This document shows positions 55,423-64,000 of a DNA stretch of 64,000 nucleotides, piece by piece. Location of the stretch: positions 73,432 through 137,431 of the forward strand of contig CAIXUG010000072.1 of assembly GCA_903922605.1 (NCBI GenBank), given 5' to 3'. A program made the position numbers and the translations under genes. Every line of letters starts with the position of its first letter. Position 1 is the stretch's first letter. This DNA is from an uncultured Verrucomicrobiota bacterium (GTDB taxonomy: Bacteria; Verrucomicrobiota; Verrucomicrobiia; Limisphaerales; UBA9464). Below the pieces are notes generated by a model. That model worked only from the letters and a program-made list of their open reading frames with translations. It was not told the origin of the DNA and ran no database searches.

Positions 55423-57543
55423 TTAGCCTTTCGCGAAAATTGGCGCGATTATTTCAAGATCAGCATGGAAGAATTCAGCAAACGATGACTTAAATTCTTT
55501 GGCGGAGATTGGTGGCAAGAGTGACCTGCCTAATGCGATAAAAAGTTCGCCAGCGATTATTTTTTGGTTCGCCACCAACAGTTGTTCAGCCAAAAAAGAA
55601 CGAGTCTGCATGCTTGCCAATTGTCCCCATTCGGCTCGATGCACAAGTCGCAAAAGCGCTGCTCGGATTAATCCTTCGGTATACCGATCTTTAACATTTT
55701 CAGGGCTCATCACATTGCTGACTGGAAAACGAGGATGGAGTTGCTTTTTAAGGTATTTATCATTTCGCTGAGCTTGCAGAGCACTAGCTAATGCAAACAT
55801 CACAACCATCGAAGACGATTCGCCTGAGCAAATCGGAGATTGGTCACCCAACACAACAGATGACACACCTGGCAGCAAGAGAATAGGTTCATCACTAATG
55901 CCCTCAGTGCGGTTACGCAACTTCGCTAGTCGCGCGGTGAGCCATCTAGGGGGGCGCGCAAATCGTCTAGCGATACCAGAAATAAAGTCAAACTCGCGGC
56001 ACCACGGACACAACTCTTCGTTCCAATTAGGAAGGATAATCTCTTCGACAGCGTGGAAATGCCCTTTCCAATTATGGCCATCTGTTAGTGTTTTTGATAA
56101 CTCGGTAAGATGTTGAGGTGTGGACGGGCGGGCAAGTGCCACCAAGTAGCTGAGCATCTGGCATGACAGATAATGCCCCTCCCGCACAGATTGAATGTAC
56201 TGCCTGAGTCGGGAGCCTGAGTTTACAACATCATCGACGATTAGAATCTTTCTTGCATTTAGAACAATGCCAAGATCATTTACGGAAAGCGCATTCCTAT
56301 CCAATGTGTCGTGAATTATAACAGGGCAACCGAACACGGCTTTTGCTCTGTCCGCCATGTATTTTCCGGCCTCATGGTCCGGGGAAACTATAAGATCAAC
56401 ATTTCCTAGTAATGAAACTAGTTTCTCGTCGAAACGCTTGGCAAACTCTGGATGTGAAAATAGCGTAAACATATTGAGATCGAATGCATGATGGCGGCCA
56501 TCATTTCGATCGTCATGATGGACGATAAAAAGGTTTTTAGTGTCTCGATAGCGCTCAATAAATGGTTTTGCAGCTGCGAGATGTGATTTTGATAATAGCA
56601 CTTCCGGCTCGCTCAATGATTTCAAATGATAAGCTGCCGGGTCAATGTGAATAGGGATGCTTCCAGATGCGCATAGTTCGCAAGGATCTTGAAAGAATGT
56701 TTCGTGTGTGGGAATCCGGGCGAAGCAATTCAGCTGATTGGGAGTGCTCGCAAATCCATAAATGCTTAAACATTCAATGGTAAACCGGCCCGCTGCTCGT
56801 TCGTTGAACATTGTTTGGATATGCTCCACCAATCTGCCGCTGCCACTTATGCTTACGAAAGCCACAAGTCTTCCTCCGAGTGGCAATCGGGCAAGTAGGC
56901 CTTCTACAACTCTTTGGCATGCAATGCTATTATGTGCCGGGTGTTCGGGGAAGCAGTCAAATGGAATCTGAAGTCGGTTGATCTGAAGTGTTCGCAGTAT
57001 TGCAGAAGCGATGCTCCAACTGTCCACAAGGATTGCATCTGCTGTTCCGATATACGGTCGGAGCCAGAAGGCCATTTGATCCAAAGTGTGAAGATTATGA
57101 AGCAAATCGCCTATACGCATGAACCGCGAGGTATGAGTCAAGGAAGGGGTGACGAAATGGTAATTTGCGTGTGCTTCAAAGGCGCACGCTCCACCGTCCT
57201 CTTCTAGTAGTTGTAACAAGTCCGCCTTCCGCACCTTTGAAACGACCGGTTCGACTTCCAATTGTGAAAAACCTGCCGGGGCAATAAGATCAGCCTTAAT
57301 AGAAAATGAAGGGCCAGGTGTCAGGACAACAGTCGGCTTTTCGGCCGCATACTGAAGTAGAGGTTTTGCTGCAATAGCATCGAAGGCAATTGGTGTATTG
57401 CTAAGAAACGCAAGCGACGATGCTGCGCGAAACGTATCTGCGTTGAGTCGGCTGATTTTCTCTGCGACATCAGCAAGTGTGCTCTCCTCCCGCAGATAAA
57501 AGACTCGAGGCGAATCGAGTGAGTTGGTGTTCCATTGAGGCAT
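55423..57543 (-). CDS. Tandem phosphoribosyltransferase (PRTase)-like protein with C-terminal helical domain
   Basis: 706 aa. Canonical PRPP loop KILIVDDVVNSGSRL (aa 432-446, nt 56206-56250). Degenerate N-terminal copy RLVAFVSISGSGRLV (aa 225-239). CxxC after each module (C288/C291 and C512/C515). Confidence 0.8.
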   Translation of the reverse strand: MPQWNTNSLDSPRVFYLREESTLADVAEKISRLNADTFRAASSLAFLSNTPIAFDAIAAKPLLQYAAEKPTVVLTPGPSFSIKADLIAPAGFSQLEVEPVVSKVRKADLLQLLEEDGGACAFEAHANYHFVTPSLTHTSRFMRIGDLLHNLHTLDQMAFWLRPYIGTADAILVDSWSIASAILRTLQINRLQIPFDCFPEHPAHNSIACQRVVEGLLARLPLGGRLVAFVSISGSGRLVEHIQTMFNERAAGRFTIECLSIYGFASTPNQLNCFARIPTHETFFQDPCELCASGSIPIHIDPAAYHLKSLSEPEVLLSKSHLAAAKPFIERYRDTKNLFIVHHDDRNDGRHHAFDLNMFTLFSHPEFAKRFDEKLVSLLGNVDLIVSPDHEAGKYMADRAKAVFGCPVIIHDTLDRNALSVNDLGIVLNARKILIVDDVVNSGSRLRQYIQSVREGHYLSCQMLSYLVALARPSTPQHLTELSKTLTDGHNWKGHFHAVEEIILPNWNEELCPWCREFDFISGIARRFARPPRWLTARLAKLRNRTEGISDEPILLLPGVSSVVLGDQSPICSGESSSMVVMFALASALQAQRNDKYLKKQLHPRFPVSNVMSPENVKDRYTEGLIRAALLRLVHRAEWGQLASMQTRSFLAEQLLVANQKIIAGELFIALGRSLLPPISAKEFKSSFAEFFHADLEIIAPIFAKG

Positions 57544-58661
57544 TACAATCCCAGGTTCAGCACCTCTTGATCAGGATTCTCATTGGAAACGGGCCAAAAA
57601 ACTGAAATCGCAGTTCCTTGAAGGCCCGTCGGAATCTCAATCCTTGACCAAACTGATTGGCCTTCCTTTGTCTCATTAAACGCAGCCTGACCGGCGGAGT
57701 TTACAAAGATGCAGGCCTGTAAACGAGCGGCAGCGTCCAGTATATTTGCCAACCCTTGCCCTCGATTTGGGCTACCACTTCGTGGCTTGCGACTCGTGCC
57801 CCGTTCGAATGCCCTCATGAGTCGAGACCATTCCGACTCATCGCCCGACGGCAGGAGTGTATTTTGAATGCCCTGGCCATAATCAGCTACAGTGGCACAG
57901 AGCCAGAGCGAATTGCGTCGTTGAAATCGTGGTTCAATAAAGCTTCTTAGAAACGCCGGTATCTGGTTTCGTTGCGATAAGTTATCGAACGATTGAAGCA
58001 CGAGTTTTTCGACCGACACACCCCAAATTCCTTGATATTCAGGAATTGCGTGTTCAATCGAATTTCGAAAAGCCTCGAATAGAAATCCAGAGATCGCTGC
58101 TTCGGTCAGTGAGCCAAAAAACCTTTTCCCAGCACCAAGACCTTCACCAATATTGCCAAGTGCCGATTCAAATTCTCTGCGGCTAGGAAGTTTATTTGTT
58201 TCCGAAGAACGAACCAGTTCAGGAATAGGTGAATCAAATTCGCGAGAGATTAGATTCTGACTTTTCCCATCACCGACGATGCCTCCTGTCTTTAATAAAA
58301 TCTGTCGCCACATGCAATCAAAGGCATTGGCGGATAAATCTCTGCTATTCGCATCAACTACCGTATCTGCTGCCTCAAGAAGAGCTACTCCAATTAGAGT
58401 CAAGAAAAAATCAGGCCATTCTTTCATTGACATGGTGTGAATCTCCCCACGCGGAAAGGGAAATTCGCAACGAATGATTACGGCTGATGCTTTGGAACGA
58501 ACTCGACGCACAGCAGAAATTGCAATGCCTGTTGTGAGCAGTCTGAAACCTGACTCACGCGTTATTTGGAATTCAACTTCGTCACCGGGCTGGCAATCCC
58601 ATCTAGCGACATCTTCAATGGACGCCCACTCTTGTATCCGAAATTGTAATGTCTTAGCCAT
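57543..58661 (-). CDS. GHKL / histidine-kinase-like ATPase-fold protein with unassigned N-terminal domain
   Basis: From ATG 58661 (372 aa): N-box EAFRNSIEHA (196-205), G1 DYGQGI (260-265), G2 GQGLANI (301-307), and GTAISVFWP. The stop overlaps the downstream start (TAATG). The ORF track extends to 58844. Confidence 0.75.
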   Translation of the reverse strand: MAKTLQFRIQEWASIEDVARWDCQPGDEVEFQITRESGFRLLTTGIAISAVRRVRSKASAVIIRCEFPFPRGEIHTMSMKEWPDFFLTLIGVALLEAADTVVDANSRDLSANAFDCMWRQILLKTGGIVGDGKSQNLISREFDSPIPELVRSSETNKLPSRREFESALGNIGEGLGAGKRFFGSLTEAAISGFLFEAFRNSIEHAIPEYQGIWGVSVEKLVLQSFDNLSQRNQIPAFLRSFIEPRFQRRNSLWLCATVADYGQGIQNTLLPSGDESEWSRLMRAFERGTSRKPRSGSPNRGQGLANILDAAARLQACIFVNSAGQAAFNETKEGQSVWSRIEIPTGLQGTAISVFWPVSNENPDQEVLNLGL

Positions 58662-59075
58662 CTGCTTCTCGGGGGAGGGAATTACATCGTTTCGTGTTTG
58701 CGCGCAAGGTATTGGGTGTTTGTCTGTGCTTTTCGGGGAAATCTTTCGATTCTTGCTGTAATTCTTCGATACCGCTATCTTGGAATTGACGTCGGCGCCA
58801 GCTTTCCTACCGGGTAGACCGGCTCTGTACTGCAGCGCCGGCATTGCGCGACAACATTTCTTTGAGCGTACTGCCGGATCTTCTTCCTTTGTTCCTTAGT
58901 CGTTTTATCCGCGGCTTGCGTTTTCTCTCGCCTTGAGCCAAGCTAATGTTTGCTTGCCGGGAGCATCCTGTCCGCGGAAATGGGCCCAGCCCACCGGTCT
59001 GTTACGAAACATCAGAAACCTGACTTTCTGGCCCAGAGTTGGCGGACACACGGGCGCAATTAAGAAAGTAAGGTT

Positions 59076-60338
59076 ATGGCGACTGTATCCCGGGACCTGC
59101 CTGCCAGGCCCCATATCGATGTTCCGAAACGGGAGGCCCGCGCATTGCTGAAGGCGTGGCGGGACAAATCCTCCGAAGCGCTGGAGCGGATTCGCCGGCG
59201 GCATCCCCGATTCCACGACGCGGATGAGACGGCGATTTCGTCCGCAAAGTTCCTCCTGAATGACGCCCAGCTGGTCCTCGCGCGGGAGTACGGATTTTCC
59301 AACTGGGCGCAACTGAAGGAGCGGATCGACGCGAACACCGTGACGGGCCTGCTGCTGACGGCCATTCGGGACGACGATCGGGAGACGACGGTGAGACTGC
59401 TCCGGGCGCATCCGGAGCTGTTGCACGTCCCACTCTGGAGTGGGAACTGGGGGCCGCCCATGAGCCACGCGGCGAATCTCGGGAGGCTGGAAATTATTCA
59501 GGCGGTGGCCGCCCTTGGGGCGCGGGACTATCAGCACGCCTTTGGTCGGGCGCTCTTGCAGGGCAAACTGGAAACCGCCCGCTGGCTGCACGGGCACGGT
59601 GCGAAATTGGAACCCGGAATCGTGATGGGCGCCTGCGAGTGCCTGAATCCGGCCGGGCTCGGCTTCCTGGCCGATCTGGGCGCGCCCTTCACGGATGACC
59701 AGGGGGACCGGCTGGCACCGCTGGGGTTGGTGCTGGAAACGTACGGACGAAATCCGGTGGGAAAACATGCCGTGCTGAAGCTCTTTGCAGGGCAGGGGTA
59801 CACGTTTCCGGATACGCCGATGATGGCGTTCCATCGCGGCGATCAGGAGCGGCTCAAGGACTTTTTGCGGCGCGACCCCGGCCTGTTGGAACGACGCTTC
59901 AGTCTCCTCGAAATTTATCCGCCCGAGCTCGGTTGCGCGAAGGATGGCCGGTCTGGGATGCACTGGACCCCGATCGGTTGCACGACGCTGCTGCACCTGG
60001 CAATCGACTTCGATGACGCGGAAGTTTTCGACCTGCTGCTGGCTCACGGAGCCGATGTGAATGCGCGGGCGCTCGTGGATGCGGACGGTTTTGGCGGTCA
60101 CACGCCCCTCTTCAACGCCGTCGTGAGTCACGGGGCGCACCAGGGGGCGATGGCCCGCAGGCTGGTGGCGCACGGAGCCTCGGCGACGGTGCGCGCGTCC
60201 CTGCGCAAGTTCCTGGACTGGTGTGAGACGCCGCGCTGGCACGAGGCCCGGGAAGTGACGCCGGCGGAGTGGGGGCGGAGCTTTCCGGATCAGGGCTGGG
60301 TGAATGCGGAAGCGTTGCAAGCAGCCGGGAGCCCATAA
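59076..60338 (+). CDS. Ankyrin-repeat protein
   Basis: TLLHLAIDFDDAEVFDLLLAHGADVNARA...GHTPLFNAV and further ANK-like units. 420 aa. Confidence 0.8.
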   Translation: MATVSRDLPARPHIDVPKREARALLKAWRDKSSEALERIRRRHPRFHDADETAISSAKFLLNDAQLVLAREYGFSNWAQLKERIDANTVTGLLLTAIRDDDRETTVRLLRAHPELLHVPLWSGNWGPPMSHAANLGRLEIIQAVAALGARDYQHAFGRALLQGKLETARWLHGHGAKLEPGIVMGACECLNPAGLGFLADLGAPFTDDQGDRLAPLGLVLETYGRNPVGKHAVLKLFAGQGYTFPDTPMMAFHRGDQERLKDFLRRDPGLLERRFSLLEIYPPELGCAKDGRSGMHWTPIGCTTLLHLAIDFDDAEVFDLLLAHGADVNARALVDADGFGGHTPLFNAVVSHGAHQGAMARRLVAHGASATVRASLRKFLDWCETPRWHEAREVTPAEWGRSFPDQGWVNAEALQAAGSP

Positions 60339-60352
60339 ACACTCTCCCCGAC

Positions 60353-60673
60353 ATGCCCTACCTCAGCACGTTGATCGGCCACCCATTGGAGTCGGCCCCC
60401 GGATCGCTATTCCGCTCACGACCCGGGCTTCCCATCGAGGCGTCCACCCTGGGCGAGGCGGTCTCCCTCGCGGCCAAGCTGTTCGGAGTCCGCATCGTTC
60501 CGCACGACCCACCCAAATGGTTTCGCATCTACGGCATGCCGGAGTCCGTTGCTGAATATATCCTCGTGGACATTCACATCCATCGGGACGGTCAGGACAT
60601 CTGCGCCCTGCAGGACTTGTCCATTCCATTGCTGAAGTCGGACGCGGTCAGCATTGGCATGCTTGCCTGTTGA
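60353..60673 (+). CDS. Hypothetical small protein
   Basis: ATG at 60353, 14 nt after the ankyrin gene stop. 106 aa with no recognised motif. Confidence 0.45.
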   Translation: MPYLSTLIGHPLESAPGSLFRSRPGLPIEASTLGEAVSLAAKLFGVRIVPHDPPKWFRIYGMPESVAEYILVDIHIHRDGQDICALQDLSIPLLKSDAVSIGMLAC

Positions 60674-60895
60674 GCGAGTCTGCCAGGCACGGGGTCAGCG
60701 GGGACTGGATAAGGCAGGGGAGTCGACACCGCCATTCAGGATCCATGGGCCGGTTGGGGCGGCCGCTTCGAGCAGTGTCAGGCACCGGTATCATCGAAAT
60801 GAAATCCACCACCTCGATTGTCTTATTCGGCCTCATCGTCCTGCGGACGAAGTGAGTTGAGAGGCCCACCCCACTGATATCCTGAACCGCCGGTT

Positions 60896-61060
60896 AGGCT
60901 GCCCGTCGCAGACGGGCCTCTGGAAGTAGCGCAGAATTGCATTCTGCCGTATCGCAGGTTTGCAACCTGCACCGGCAACGGGATTTCCCGAGTGCGTCCG
61001 ATTATCCCACCCCGTGCAGATTGAAAATCTGCGATACAGCAGGTTGCAAACCTGCGCTAC
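60896..61060. repeat. REP-like cluster: one GC hairpin plus two 47-nt double-hairpin units in inverted orientation
   Basis: The hairpins are GCAGAAT-TGC-ATTCTGC, GCAGGTT-TGC-AACCTGC, GCAGATT-GAA-AATCTGC and GCAGGTT-GCA-AACCTGC. Unit 61014-61060 matches the reverse complement of unit 60926-60972 at 39/47. Confidence 0.75.
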
Positions 61061-61101
61061 ACCCGCGCCGCGCCGCCATCCCGCGATGAGCCCCGGGGAA
61101 A

Positions 61102-61121
61102 CACGGTGAAAAGATGCGCCC
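61102..61121 (+). repeat. Exact 20-mer CACGGTGAAAAGATGCGCCC, copy 2
   Basis: Identical to 48168-48187. It lies about 10 nt beyond the pgm stop codon. Confidence 0.7.
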
Positions 61122-61129
61122 ACGGAGGC

Positions 61130-62770
61130 CTATCCCGCCAGCGCCTCCGTCACCAGTGCCTGGGCCTCGGTCACGATCCGTTGCAGGTGTTCCTCGCCGC
61201 GGAAGCTTTCCGCGTAGAGCTTGTAGATGTTCTCGGTGCCGCTCGGGCGGGCGGCGAACCAGCCATTTTCAGCCACGACCTTCAGGCCGCCGATTTCGGC
61301 GTGGTTGCCGGGAGCGCGGGTCAGCTTGGCCGTGATGGGTTCACCGGCGAGCGTGGTGCCCTTCACCGCGTCGGGAGAGAGCTTCTTGAGCTTCGCCTTC
61401 TGGGCCGGGGTGGCGGGGGCATCGAGGCGGGTATAGCTGGGCGCGCCGAGCTGCGCGGTGATTTCAGCGTAGTGCTGGCCCGGGTCCTTGCCCGTCACGG
61501 CGGTGATCTCGGCGGCGAGCAGGCCGAGGAGCAGCCCGTCCTTGTCGGTGGTCCAGGCGGTGCCGTCACGCCGGAGGAAGCTCGCCCCGGCGCTTTCCTC
61601 GCCGCCGAAGAGGCAGGTGCCCTCATGCAGTCCGGGCGCAAACCACTTGAAGCCCACCGGCACTTCCATGAGGCGACGTCCCAGTTGGGAGACCACCCGG
61701 TCGATGAGGCTGCTGCTGACCAGCGTCTTGCCGACGACCGCCGCGACGAACCATTGCGACCGGTGCGTGAGCAGGTAGCGGATGGCCACGGCGAGATAAT
61801 GGTTCGGGTTCAGCAGGCCCGCGCTGCGGGTCACGATACCGTGGCGGTCCGCGTCCGGATCACAGCCCCAGGCGATGTCGAACTGGTCTTTCAGACCCAC
61901 GAGGCTGGCCATCGCGAACGGGCTGGAGCAGTCCATGCGGATCTTGCCGTCGTGATCCAGCGTCATGAAGCTGAACGTCGGGTCCACGACTTTGTTCACG
62001 ATGGTCAGGTTCAGCCCGAAGCGTTCCGCGATGGGTTGCCAGTAGGGCAGGGAAGCCCCGCCCAGCGGGTCCACGCCCAGGCGCAGCCCGGCATTCTTGA
62101 TGGCCTCCATATCAATGACCGAGGCGAGGTCGCTGACATAGGGCGTGACGAAATCGTGAGCATGCGTGGTGGCCGCCCGGAGCGCGCTGGCGAAAGGCGT
62201 GCGCTTCACGTCGCGGTTGCCGCCGCGCAACAGCGCGTTGGCCCGGTCCTGCACCCAGCCGGTGACATCGGTGTCGGCGGGGCCGCCGTTGGGCGGGTTG
62301 TATTTGAAGCCGCCATCCTGCGGCGGATTGTGCGACGGCGTGATGATCAGGCCGTCGGCCAGGGCGCTGGTGCGTCCATGATTGAAACCAAGAATGGCGT
62401 GCGACACGACTGGCGTGGGGGTGAAGCCGTCGTTGGCCGCGAGGAACGTTTCGACCCCGTTGGCGGCGAGCACCTCCAGCGCGGTGCGTTCGGCGGGCCG
62501 GGAAATGGCGTGGGTGTCCTTGCCCACAAAGATCGGACCCCGGTTGCCCTGCGCCTGCCGGTAATCGCACACGGCCTGCGTGATGGCAGCGATGTGCGCA
62601 TCGGTGAAGCTGCCGTCGAACGGGGTGCCACGGTGTCCGCTGGTACCGAAGGCCACGAGCTGATTGGGATCGCCCAGATCGGGAGTGCGCCCGAGGTAGT
62701 CCCGCTCCAGAGCAGCAAGGTCGATGAGTAGTTCTTTCGGGGCAGGCAGGCCGGCTAGCGGGTGTGGCAT
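61130..62770 (-). CDS. pgm: Phosphoglucomutase (alpha-D-glucose-phosphate specific)
   Basis: 546 aa. Active-site loop [34 protein letters not shown]. Confidence 0.9.
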   Translation of the reverse strand: MPHPLAGLPAPKELLIDLAALERDYLGRTPDLGDPNQLVAFGTSGHRGTPFDGSFTDAHIAAITQAVCDYRQAQGNRGPIFVGKDTHAISRPAERTALEVLAANGVETFLAANDGFTPTPVVSHAILGFNHGRTSALADGLIITPSHNPPQDGGFKYNPPNGGPADTDVTGWVQDRANALLRGGNRDVKRTPFASALRAATTHAHDFVTPYVSDLASVIDMEAIKNAGLRLGVDPLGGASLPYWQPIAERFGLNLTIVNKVVDPTFSFMTLDHDGKIRMDCSSPFAMASLVGLKDQFDIAWGCDPDADRHGIVTRSAGLLNPNHYLAVAIRYLLTHRSQWFVAAVVGKTLVSSSLIDRVVSQLGRRLMEVPVGFKWFAPGLHEGTCLFGGEESAGASFLRRDGTAWTTDKDGLLLGLLAAEITAVTGKDPGQHYAEITAQLGAPSYTRLDAPATPAQKAKLKKLSPDAVKGTTLAGEPITAKLTRAPGNHAEIGGLKVVAENGWFAARPSGTENIYKLYAESFRGEEHLQRIVTEAQALVTEALAG

Positions 62771-62880
62771 TCCCGCGAAACTACCTTAGGGAGCTGGCGG
62801 AAGCCAAGCGGGCATGCAGGGAACGAGAGGGGAAACGTCCAATGATCAACTTTGAACACCCGACGTTCAACCGCCTGCTT

Positions 62881-63579
62881 TCAGGCCATCTCGGTGACCG
62901 TCGTGGCCTTCTTCGCGGCGGCGTGGCGATGGCGGCGCCAGGCGAAGAAGCCGGCCCCGACGAGGAACGCGCCCGCCGCGTACGTGCTCGGCTCCGGCAC
63001 CAGACGGATGTCGTCGATGGCGAAATCGTTGCCGCCGACGGTGGTGTTGCTGTCCACCAGGCGGATCGTGGCGCTGTTGGTGCCGGTGCTGCTCCAGTTG
63101 AGGGAGAACTGCTGCCAGGTGCCGGCTCCGCTCGGAGCGGTGAAGGTGGTCGTTTGCAGCGCGTTGTTGATATACACCTGAAGGGTCGCCGGCGTACCGG
63201 CGACCGCGCTGGCCATCCACAGGCTGAACGTGAAGTTGCGACCGGCGGTGACCGAGACCGTGTCCTGCCACAGGGTCTTGCTGGCGACCGTCGAGCCGTT
63301 GATCACCATCATGTTGCCCGAACCCGTCGTATGGTCGCCAAAGCTGGAGAAACCGGATTGGGTGTTGTTGGGGTTCGTGGTGACGTAGTAGTTGCCTTCA
63401 CCGGCCCCTTCGCCACCAGAGGAAAGACTGGAGCTGTAATTGTATCCGGTGGTGAAGCCCGTGTTGCCCGAGGTGAAGTCGCCGTTGGTGATCAGGTTCT
63501 GCGCCACGGCCGCACCCTGGGAGAGGGCCAGCAAGGCCAATCCCCCGGCGGCGATCTTCATGGTGCGGTAAACGTTCAT
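62881..63579 (-). CDS. PEP-CTERM-anchored secreted protein with CBM-like domain
   Basis: Signal MKIAAGGLALLALSQGAAVA. NLITNGDFTSG... C-terminal VPEPSTYAAGAFLVGAGFFAWRRHR (PEP-CTERM sorting signal). Confidence 0.85.
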   Translation of the reverse strand: MNVYRTMKIAAGGLALLALSQGAAVAQNLITNGDFTSGNTGFTTGYNYSSSLSSGGEGAGEGNYYVTTNPNNTQSGFSSFGDHTTGSGNMMVINGSTVASKTLWQDTVSVTAGRNFTFSLWMASAVAGTPATLQVYINNALQTTTFTAPSGAGTWQQFSLNWSSTGTNSATIRLVDSNTTVGGNDFAIDDIRLVPEPSTYAAGAFLVGAGFFAWRRHRHAAAKKATTVTEMA

Positions 63580-64000
63580 CTGTTGCTGGGAAAACCTTCG
63601 CCGGTTTTCGCCGCACCCAACAACCCGGACACGGTTAAGCGCAGGACTTAACCGAGGATGACCAACGACAGAATTCCCTAGCGGTGCTGAACGGGCCTCC
63701 CTAGGGAGCTGTCGGACCTCTTTTCGGAGGAGACTCAGGAGGGTGAATAGTCAACCCGATGAGGAATTGGCGGCCGATTATTGGGCAATTCGGCCCGAAA
63801 AGCTGGTCCGGCCGAGGAGGCCGGTAGTCGTTGCCGGCTTCGATGCAGTTGCAAGTGGCCGATCGTTAGTTGCTGATGAACAGCAGGTTATAGTTATTGG
63901 ATGATGCGTTTTGAAGGCGATTAAGGCGACTTGATCGGAAACCGCCGGTTACCTCCCGCCCGGGGGATTGAGGGTAGGTACTTCTCCGGAAGTGCCGCCA

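Larger units (their letters stand above)
55340..59075. other. AT-richer genomic islet 2 (GHKL-ATPase + PRTase cassette)
   Basis: Hand-counted lines 56401 (38% G+C) and 57601 (48%), against 65% for line 61201. The boundaries are approximate. Confidence 0.65.

Noticed and set aside
58662-58844. 61-codon upstream extension of the GHKL ORF (MPALQYRAGLPGRKAGADVNSK...).
   Set aside because: It is a basic, low-complexity peptide. The ATG at 58661 is preceded by a purine-rich GAGAAG. I kept it as an alternative start only.
58905-60320. 471-aa minus-strand ORF opposite the ankyrin gene.
   Set aside because: The plus strand encodes recognisable ankyrin repeats. The minus-strand translation is Arg/Pro/Gln-rich with no motifs.
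61106-62731. 541-aa plus-strand ORF opposite pgm.
   Set aside because: pgm has the diagnostic TPSHNP...GGFKYN active-site loop on the minus strand. The plus-strand ORF is an antisense artefact, though its start coincides with the conserved 20-mer.
62784-62801. 18-mer CCTTAGGGAGCTGGCGGA upstream of pgm, resembling CCCTAGGGAGCTGTCGGA (63699-63716) upstream of the PEP-CTERM gene (16/18); considered as a shared operator.
   Set aside because: By my rough estimate, on the order of a hundred 16/18 matches are expected by chance among all position pairs in a 64-kb window. That is not enough evidence without genome-wide enrichment.

Overview
This is 64 kb of densely coding, high-GC bacterial chromosome; hand-counted 60-nt sample lines give about 65% G+C. 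The gene content includes a prepilin-type N-methylation protein, a PEP-CTERM protein, a lamin-tail/CotH protein, a BNR/Asp-box propeller, HEAT-repeat proteins and large hybrid sensor kinases. Together with many palindromic intergenic repeats, this suggests a PVC-group organism, probably Verrucomicrobiota (Opitutaceae-like). That assignment is inference only. Core genes are the 3' end of rpoD, two HEAT-repeat genes, a recC-recB-recD operon, a GlcF-like Fe-S protein, yajQ, a Ppx/GppA gene split by one in-frame TGA, an LTD-CotH secreted protein, hrpB, flgM-fliS, two hybrid histidine kinases, a Gfo/Idh/MocA oxidoreductase, a SWIM-SNF2 helicase, a flavin-halogenase-like oxidoreductase, a CPA2 antiporter with a divergent LysR regulator, a GH-like hydrolase, an ankyrin protein, pgm and a PEP-CTERM protein. 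I recognised no rRNA, tRNA, CRISPR array, transposase or integrase. Two AT-richer islets stand out. (i) At about 55.3-59.1 kb (sample lines 38-48% G+C) sits a translationally coupled pair: a GHKL/Bergerat-fold ATPase plus a 706-aa protein with tandem PRTase-like modules. This is my best candidate for an undescribed conflict/defence system. (ii) At about 22.4-25.2 kb (about 52% G+C) sits a 703-aa GNAT-PIN-GNAT-like-ASCH fusion coupled to a stand-alone ASCH protein. The window also contains several repeat families. One is a hexamer-periodic palindromic element in four copies, one of them inserted in frame in hrpB as a 108-bp unit flanked by 9-bp direct repeats. Others are a REP-like double-hairpin pair with compensatory stem changes, two 80-bp direct repeats spaced exactly 150 bp, and an exact 20-mer present in three places. 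All domain calls come from reading motifs in the supplied translations. No database search was run.
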